NCBI GenBank assembly: GCA_041750285.1
Contig: JBGSZS010000018.1
Coordinates: forward strand, 32,001-96,000
Origin: Candidatus Fermentibacteraceae bacterium
GTDB taxonomy: Bacteria > Fermentibacterota > Fermentibacteria > Fermentibacterales > JCC-6
DNA: 64,000 bases
Reading direction: 5' to 3'
This document shows positions 58,012-64,000 of the stretch, piece by piece. The translations under genes and the position numbers were made by a program. The notes under the pieces were generated by a model. The model was not told the origin of the DNA. It did no database searches and saw only the letters and a program-made list of their open reading frames with translations. The number at the start of each line of letters is the position of its first letter. Position 1 is the stretch's first letter.

Positions 58012-60099
58012 TCAGCCCGTGAAAAGGACCCTTCCACCGCCGGACAGCACGAGCCAGCCTTCGGAGCCCTCTTCCACGCGCACGCCCCCGTCGGATGCCA
58101 CCAGAGCCTCAGCCCTGACCGTCATCCCGCGGTTCAACCGCATCATTCGCGTCCGGCCGGCGGCAAAGAACAGGAGTTCGCCCTCGGCGGTTCCGGAAAG
58201 CCTGCTGAGCGAAGGCGCCTGTTCGAGACCGAGGGATTCATGTGAAAGTCCCGATGGTCTGACCGCAAGCATGTCGAACCTTGCCGTCATGCCTTCGGTG
58301 TAAGGCATGCGGACCGCCGACTCATACCCCTGGCCCAGAAGAATGGTTCCGGTGCCCGTGAGGGTTGTTGCGCCATGCTCATCGGATGAGAAGCATACTT
58401 CCGAGTCCATCGCCACCACAAAGGCGGGCCGGACCGCAACCGACCCCTGATGCAGGTGAAGGATTGTGATCTCGGCGTTCTCGACGGGATGAACCGTGTA
58501 CAGGCCGGATGGAGCCGGCACTTCAACGGCGGGGACAGGCTCTGCTTCGGTGGCCTCCGTCTTCCCATCTTCAGTGTCTGCCGTTTCTTCCGCGGGTGGT
58601 TCCTCCGAAGCGGGCGCCTCTTCGCGAACGGCTTCGGGTTCAGCCACAGGTTCGGGTTCGGGTTCGGCTTCCGGACCCCCGAAGATGGAGGTGAGGACCT
58701 CTTCCTCATTCACAGGCTCCACGGCGGGAGGCTCCTCCGCAACGGGCGCCTCCTCGGGAACCGCTTCGGGCTCGGCCACTTGCTCGGGTTCGGCTTCCGG
58801 TTCGGTTTCGGCTTCAGGGCCTCCGAAGATGGCCGAGAGATCGGCCTCTTCCTGCTTCACAGGCTCCTCGGCGGGTGGCTCCACGGCGGGAGGCTCCTCC
58901 GCAACGGGCGCTTCCTCGGGAACCGCTTCGGGCTCGGCCACTTGCTCGGGTTCGGCTTCCGGTTCGGTTTCGGCTTCAGGGCCTCCGAAGATGGAGGTGA
59001 GCACCTCTTCCTCATTCACAGGCTCTTCGGCGGGAGGCTCCTCCGCAGCGGGTGCCTCTTCGGGAACCGCTTCGGGCTCGGGTTCGGGCTCGGGTTCGGG
59101 TTCCGGGCCTCCGAAGATGGAGGTGAGCACCTCTTCCTCATTCACAGGCTCTTCGACGGGTGGCTCTTCCGCAACGGGCGCCTCTTCCTGCACGGTTTCG
59201 GAGGGAGCACCCTCTGAAGGCCTTCCGGTGTCGAAGACCGATGCAAGATCAAGGGTTTTCTCTTGTGGAGCTGTTGCAGGCCCGGAATCACCGGGCTCGG
59301 ACTCCCGGGTCCGGCCCGAGCCGCTGAAAATCGAGGAGAAGTCTATCGGACTTTCGAGATCGGCAGCCGCGGCCCCGGCATCGGCTGGCTCGGCCAGGTC
59401 GGCTGCCTTTTTGAAAATACCGGCAAGGTCATCCTTGGAGGATGCAGGCTTCGCTTCGAAGGATGAGCCGCCGAATATCGAGTCGAGGTCGAGCGCGGGA
59501 CGGCTCTCCGCGGGTTTCTCCTCCTCGCCGGAGGGTATGCCCATGTTGGAGAGAAGCTCGGCAACGCCCTCGTCTTCCTGCCTGCCGTTGAGCCCCATGT
59601 CAGTGAGAAGGCGGTCGACGCCGGAGTCGGCTGCCGCGAACTCCTCTTCGGTGCCGGGAACGTCGGGGAAGACCTGCGAACCGTTCGTCACGGTTTCAGG
59701 GGTCTCCGGGGCCTGTTCGGGTGAACCTTGCTTGTCGATCCTGGTTATGGCCACCTTGGCGCCGTGGTGGCCCGGGTTGATCTCGGCCACAACACGGTAG
59801 TTGTCGAGGGCAAGTTCGAAGTCGCCGAGTTCCTCGAGAACCTGCCCGAGCCTGAAATGAGTGTATATGTTGTTTATCTCGAGGGTCGAGAGCGCTTCGA
59901 GCTGTTCGCGGGCCTCTTCCCACAGGCCGAGGCACATGCAGGCATCGGCCAGAAGGCTTCTTGCCCTGGGTCTTGTGCCGATGAGATCCGTGGCCTTGAG
60001 AAGAAGCTCTCGTGCCTGTTCGGCCAGACCCCTTGCGAGATAACCCTCGGCATCCCTGCACAGGGCTTCGTAGGTATCGCTGGTGAAAGAATCTGCCAT
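58012..60099 (-). CDS. TPR protein with acidic repeat linker and C-terminal AIM24-like domain
   Basis: N-terminal TPRs, E/P/A-rich repeats, beta-rich C-terminus (LTGTG, LSGGGRV). Confidence 0.72.
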   Translation of the reverse strand: MADSFTSDTYEALCRDAEGYLARGLAEQARELLLKATDLIGTRPRARSLLADACMCLGLWEEAREQLEALSTLEINNIYTHFRLGQVLEELGDFELALDNYRVVAEINPGHHGAKVAITRIDKQGSPEQAPETPETVTNGSQVFPDVPGTEEEFAAADSGVDRLLTDMGLNGRQEDEGVAELLSNMGIPSGEEEKPAESRPALDLDSIFGGSSFEAKPASSKDDLAGIFKKAADLAEPADAGAAAADLESPIDFSSIFSGSGRTRESEPGDSGPATAPQEKTLDLASVFDTGRPSEGAPSETVQEEAPVAEEPPVEEPVNEEEVLTSIFGGPEPEPEPEPEPEAVPEEAPAAEEPPAEEPVNEEEVLTSIFGGPEAETEPEAEPEQVAEPEAVPEEAPVAEEPPAVEPPAEEPVKQEEADLSAIFGGPEAETEPEAEPEQVAEPEAVPEEAPVAEEPPAVEPVNEEEVLTSIFGGPEAEPEPEPVAEPEAVREEAPASEEPPAEETADTEDGKTEATEAEPVPAVEVPAPSGLYTVHPVENAEITILHLHQGSVAVRPAFVVAMDSEVCFSSDEHGATTLTGTGTILLGQGYESAVRMPYTEGMTARFDMLAVRPSGLSHESLGLEQAPSLSRLSGTAEGELLFFAAGRTRMMRLNRGMTVRAEALVASDGGVRVEEGSEGWLVLSGGGRVLFTG
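58600..59190 (-). repeat. coding tandem repeats (four copies of PV.xEE..LxxIFGGPE unit)
   Basis: Near-identical blocks of about 115 nt starting near 58716 and 58878, plus GGTTCG/GGCTCG microrepeats. Confidence 0.9.
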
Positions 60100-60219
60100 G
60101 AGGATCCCCTTACGGTTGATATTCTATCGTACAAAAAATCTTGTTCTTGTCACGCAGCGGAAAACCGAAGGGCGATCGTCATGAAACGTGTGGGCGATTC
60201 CGACCACCGCCCCTGGTAC

Positions 60220-60310
60220 TGGCGGAGAGGGAGGGATTCGAACCCTCGAGAACGCAAGCGCCCTACACGGTTTCCAACCGTGCTCCTTCGACCGACTCGG
60301 ACACCTCTCC
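60220..60310 (-). tRNA. tRNA-Ser(GGA)
   Basis: 91 nt with long variable arm, anticodon GGA, encoded CCA. Confidence 0.96.
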
Positions 60311-60328
60311 CCAGCAAACCGGGCCTAA

Positions 60329-60357
60329 TTCATAGGGAAGGCAGCCGTCTTTGTCAA
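60329..60357 (-). promoter_or_regulatory. promoter TTGACA-N17-TATGAA for tRNA-Ser
   Basis: Consensus-like boxes with 17-nt spacer. Confidence 0.6.
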
Positions 60358-60521
60358 CGACAGGGTCGAGACGACTGCAAGGCCTTCCCCCGGCACGATC
60401 CGGAGAACATATTCCACCATCGTCAGGCATGTGAGACGGGCATCGGTGGCAGCCACGAAACCCTTCCGCACTGTCCTTCCGTCAACCGTTTTCACGTGGA
60501 TTCTGAGGGGGTTGTTTTTTC

Positions 60522-60550
60522 TTGAAACTTTCCTATACATTCCATATGGT
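60522..60550 (+). promoter_or_regulatory. promoter TTGAAA-N17-TATGGT
   Basis: In AT-rich stretch upstream of 60585. Confidence 0.5.
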
Positions 60551-60584
60551 AAGGGTTGGTTTTTTACATTGAAGGAGGTGGTTG

Positions 60585-61586
60585 ATGAAAAGATTCGTTA
60601 TCCCCGCTCTTCTCGTGCTCGCGGCATTCTCGCTCGCGGCGGAGAGAACAGTTCTCTGGGAGTACTTCACCCAGACTGGTTGAGGCACCTGCTACAGCAG
60701 CTGGTCAGCTGTTAAGTCCACGATTCAGCCCTTTGTCACCAGTGGAGACGTCGCTCCCCTCTACATCTTCTACAACGGCCCCTACGCCAACGCATTCTGC
60801 TCAGGCAGGTTCAGCTTCTACGGTGTCACCGCCACACCCACGGTCAAGATCGACGGCCTTGCCGCCAGCTACACTCCAAGCGCATATCCCGCCGCGATAA
60901 ACAGCCGTCTCGCCGTACCGAGCTATGTCAGCATCGACGCAAACATGGTCGGAGGCGCGTCGGGTGGCACCGGTTACTACAGCATAACCGCCGAGCAGGA
61001 CCTGGGCGTCAGCGGCCAGATCAAGGTCTGGTCCGTTGTGATCCAGGACAACTTCATCGCCGCCGGCAGCTGGGGCGGATACACCGGCATGGAGATGATG
61101 TGGATGCCGGTCGCCTTCCCTCTCGGCGCCGCCGGACAGGTCATCAGCTTCACCGGCCCCTACCCCCAGACCGTGCAAGTACAGGGCACCTACACGCTCA
61201 ACCCCACGATCCACATCTTCAACAACCTCAAGGTCGTCACCTACGTCCAGCTCGGCAGCGGCACGCGTGAAGTTCTCAACGCCAACTACATTGACCTTCC
61301 CGACACCTCAACCGGCGTGTACGGCGAAGAGGCCGCACAGGTCGGCGAGTCCGCACAGCTGTTCGTCGGCCCCAACCCCTGCAGGGGTCAGTTCACCGTC
61401 TCGTCCGTTCTGCCCCAGGGCCAGACCGGAACCGTTTCGGTGTACGACATCAGCGGAAGGGTCGTCCAGAGCTTCCCCGCGGGCGGAACCAGCAGCGCCG
61501 TCATCGAAGAGACGGGGCTTTACTTCGTACGCATGACCACCAGCACGGGTCTGGTCGAGAACCGTCAGATCGCAGTCGTAAGGTAG
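60585..61586 (+). CDS. secreted Omp28-like thioredoxin-fold selenoprotein (UxxC) with T9SS-type C-terminal domain
   Basis: AAGGAGGT RBS, ATG 60585, signal peptide, EYFTQTG-TGA-GTC, YGVTATPTVKIDG, C-terminal PNP..VYDISGR..GLYFVR. Confidence 0.85.
60696..60713 (+). promoter_or_regulatory. bacterial SECIS-like hairpin
   Basis: AGCAGCT-GGTC-AGCTGTT; loop 19 nt after the UGA at 60681-60683. Confidence 0.72.
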
Positions 61587-61603
61587 GTCTGGATTTCTGT
61601 GCC

Positions 61604-61629
61604 AGGGGGCGTCATCCGGCGCCCCCTTT
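61604..61629. terminator. terminator between convergent genes
   Basis: AGGGGGCGTC-ATCC-GGCGCCCCCT then TT. Confidence 0.7.
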
Positions 61630-61631
61630 CC

Positions 61632-62210
61632 CTATGTGCGCATTTCCCTGAGGTGGGTGACGACATCTGTGAGGGGCAGCCCCACAACGTTGAACCAGCA
61701 GCCCCGTATCTCGCTTACGAAAAGGCCGCCCAGCCCCTGGGCGCCGTAGGCGCCGGCCTTGTCCAGGGGTTCGCCGGTCTCGATGTAGGCGCTGATCTCA
61801 CGGGCTGAGAGGTCCCTGAACAGCACGCGGGTCTCACGGTGGAACAGTCTTCTCTCGTTTCCAATGACGATGCAGACCCCCCCGAACACCGAGTGCCATC
61901 TGCCCGACATCGAGCGGAGCATCTCCCCCGCTTCGGCCTTGTCACAGGGTTTCCCCAGGGGTTCACCGTCGAGGAAGACCATGGTGTCTGCTCCAAGCAC
62001 CGGATTACGGGGGTACCCGGGCGCCACGGCCAAAGCCTTGCGGGATGCCCATCCCATGACAACCTGCTCGGGAGGTCCCGCGAAGCCGGTTTCGGAAACC
62101 CCCGAGGGGTGCACGATGAGTGGTATGCCGATGCCTTCCAGAAGAGCCTTCCTGCGGGGGGAGATGCTTGCCAGGACAAGCGGCGCGTCGTGGGTGTACC
62201 AGGGGTTCAA
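61632..62210 (-). CDS. maf: Maf nucleotide pyrophosphatase
   Basis: LASISPRR, GADT, GKP, DKAGAYG, NVVGLP; TTG start. Confidence 0.93.
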   Translation of the reverse strand: MNPWYTHDAPLVLASISPRRKALLEGIGIPLIVHPSGVSETGFAGPPEQVVMGWASRKALAVAPGYPRNPVLGADTMVFLDGEPLGKPCDKAEAGEMLRSMSGRWHSVFGGVCIVIGNERRLFHRETRVLFRDLSAREISAYIETGEPLDKAGAYGAQGLGGLFVSEIRGCWFNVVGLPLTDVVTHLREMRT

Positions 62211-62659
62211 GCGCGCTCCGATGGGGAATCGACCATGATCGTCACGGGGCCGTCGTTCACCAGGCTCACTTCCATGTGGGCGCCGAACACGCCTTCGCAT
62301 ACCCCGACGCCGGCTTCCCTGAGCTTCTGAATGAAGACCCGGTAGAGCATCTCCGCGGTTTCGGGGGGGGCGGCCCGAATGAAGCTGGGTCTTTTACCCT
62401 TCCTGGTGTCGGCGTGGAGGGTGAACTGGCTGACCACGAGCATCCCGCCGCCGGTTTCGGTCAGTGAACGGTTCATCAGCCCCGCGTCGTCGGGGAAGAC
62501 GCGAAGTCCGGTCAGCTTTTCCCGCATCCAGTCGAGGTCTGCGGGAGTGTCATCCGGGCTGAAGCTCACAAGGGCCAGAAGCCCCCCTGCAATCGACGAC
62601 ACCGCGGTGCCGGACACCGACACGGCGGCGGAACTGACGCGCTGAACAAGGGCCTTCAT
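62207..62659 (-). CDS. dtd: D-aminoacyl-tRNA deacylase
   Basis: MKALVQRV, VSQFTL, NDGPVT. Confidence 0.96.
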   Translation of the reverse strand: MKALVQRVSSAAVSVSGTAVSSIAGGLLALVSFSPDDTPADLDWMREKLTGLRVFPDDAGLMNRSLTETGGGMLVVSQFTLHADTRKGKRPSFIRAAPPETAEMLYRVFIQKLREAGVGVCEGVFGAHMEVSLVNDGPVTIMVDSPSERA

Positions 62660-63111
62660 TCCGGAAGGTCCTCCTTCAATGCGAAGACGAGGCCTGGGAA
62701 GGCTGCGACGACGATTCCCGCAAGGGTTCCAAGCCCGAGCGGGATGCCGAAGAGCTGCAGGACCCTGCCCGCACGGAAAACACCGGTGCGCCTTCCGTGA
62801 AGAACGCGCATGACGCTTCCCGCGGCGAGGAGTGCGACCCCCGCCCACCTCAGCGGAAGCAGGCCGCCGAAGACCGTCATCCTGAGAAGGAATGAATCGA
62901 TGGTGCTGACGAGGAGCACGGCGTACATGGCGGTGCGGTCGGCTCCGTCCTCGCGTGAACCCGAGGCCGACCAGAAAAGGTACACGAGCACCACAGCAAG
63001 GCTTGCCTGGAAATCACCGCTTCGCCAGGGCAGGACCGAAAGGTCCACCAGTCCCGTTGCGGCCAGCACGGCCAGCACGGCCAGAGGCACGAGGTATCGA
63101 ACAGGCTTCAT
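62656..63111 (-). CDS. hypothetical membrane protein
   Basis: Several hydrophobic segments; ATGA overlap with dtd. Confidence 0.6.
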   Translation of the reverse strand: MKPVRYLVPLAVLAVLAATGLVDLSVLPWRSGDFQASLAVVLVYLFWSASGSREDGADRTAMYAVLLVSTIDSFLLRMTVFGGLLPLRWAGVALLAAGSVMRVLHGRRTGVFRAGRVLQLFGIPLGLGTLAGIVVAAFPGLVFALKEDLPE

Positions 63112-63152
63112 TGAAACCCCTTCTTCCGTGTGATCCCCCTGCACGGGGGCCG

Positions 63153-64000
63153 TCAGCGGACGATGGCCAGGCCGAGCCTGTGCGCAGAGCCGCCCACGGT
63201 GAGCACCACCATGTAAACACCTGAAGCCACGGGCTGCCCGGACATGTCACGGCAGTCCCAGAAGAACGATTCGCCATCGATGGGAGCCCTGTAGGTTCCC
63301 GCGGACAGACCGCTTCTGTTCTGGGTGTGAACGGGAACGCCGTCGAGAGTAAACACGGCCAGGGAAACGTCGGACGGCCCCTTTTCAACGTCGAAGCCGA
63401 CGTGGACGAACCCCGAGGCCGGATTGGGAAAGACCGAGGGCGCAAGGCCCGAGGGTCCGGCAGGGTCCACGAAAAGGCAGACCTCGGTGCCGCTTTGACC
63501 CAGAACGCCCTGAACCGTCATGGGATGCCCCCACTGACCCGGCGCGCCCGTCACCGTGAATTCGCCGAAAAAGCCGGGTTCGGAAGCGAACCAGCCCATG
63601 CCGTTGGTCACCGCTTCCGTCATGGTCTGGCCGTTTTCGATCTCGACGGTGTAGCCGGTCAGTGCTTCGCCAGTATCGGACCTTCTGACCCTGCCCGTGA
63701 CCGACCGGTGCATCATCGCTGCGGTGGCGTCGATCACACCCCACCCGTAACCGTTGTCGGGTGAGGTGCTCTGTGTGGACGTGGCCTTCAGGGCTTCGGA
63801 AATCCGCATCATGGACCATTCGGGGTGGGCCTGGCTTATCGCCGCGAACGCCGATGACACGATCGGGGTTGCGAAGGAAGTGCCATTGCCCGAGGAGTAC
63901 CCGCCGGAAAGGTTTGCGAAAACGGTCATCTCACCCCTGGCGCAGGCATCGGGTTTCATGCGGCCGTCTGCAGTGGGGCCGCGGCTGGAGTACGCCGAAA
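63153..64000 (-). CDS. S8 subtilisin-like peptidase with FlgD/T9SS-type C-terminal domain, 5' end outside window
   Basis: SSRGPTADGRMKPD, GTSFATP catalytic Ser, GYGWG, FPNP..WD..SGVY. Confidence 0.9.
   Translation of the reverse strand, partial: SAYSSRGPTADGRMKPDACARGEMTVFANLSGGYSSGNGTSFATPIVSSAFAAISQAHPEWSMMRISEALKATSTQSTSPDNGYGWGVIDATAAMMHRSVTGRVRRSDTGEALTGYTVEIENGQTMTEAVTNGMGWFASEPGFFGEFTVTGAPGQWGHPMTVQGVLGQSGTEVCLFVDPAGPSGLAPSVFPNPASGFVHVGFDVEKGPSDVSLAVFTLDGVPVHTQNRSGLSAGTYRAPIDGESFFWDCRDMSGQPVASGVYMVVLTVGGSAHRLGLAIVR

Noticed and set aside
58450..59800. 434-aa Ser/Gly-rich and 255-aa Phe/Gly-rich plus-strand ORFs; possible CRISPR-like repeats
   Set aside because: Antisense readings of in-frame coding repeats; no constant repeat with unique spacers and no cas genes
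57887..60310. Genomic island between tRNA-Ala and tRNA-Ser
   Set aside because: No integrase, no duplicated tRNA 3' end and no obvious composition shift
60220..60310. Long-arm tRNA next to the selenoprotein gene as possible tRNA-Sec
   Set aside because: Anticodon is GGA (Ser), not TCA
60325..60540. 71-aa minus-strand ORF
   Set aside because: No clear RBS or motif, and it overlaps the promoters of tRNA-Ser and the selenoprotein gene; not fully excluded

Overview
GC-rich bacterial chromosomal window, mostly housekeeping. Gene content (T9SS/FlgD-like C-terminal domains, LpoB, Omp85, DUF6754-like module) suggests an anaerobic FCB-group lineage such as Fermentibacterota; this is inference only. 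It carries an SbcCD-like yhaO/yhaN pair, a Moco operon, an M16 peptidase, selD, split transketolase, uvrD, an envelope operon, the rplM-rpsI-rpsB-tsf-pyrH-frr-uppS-cdsA-dxr-rseP cluster, dnaX-ybaB-recR-pgsA-pgpA-cinA-thpR-recA-recX, three tRNAs and SRP RNA. Notable items the ORF track misses or splits: (1) two UGA-recoded selenoprotein genes, each with a SECIS-like hairpin, namely SelD with an extra N-terminal Cys/His domain and a secreted Omp28-like UxxC protein with a T9SS-type tail; (2) a four-membrane-protein module followed by a GlmL-like ATPase fusion with no mutase nearby, plus an orphan paralog of one subunit; (3) a secreted-protein gene with a single in-frame TAG; (4) Gram-positive-type LexA boxes before recA and a PUR-like gene; (5) a 29-aa membrane peptide with a sequestered RBS next to a structured sRNA candidate. 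No CRISPR array or mobile element was seen. Family names are from motif recognition, not database searches.
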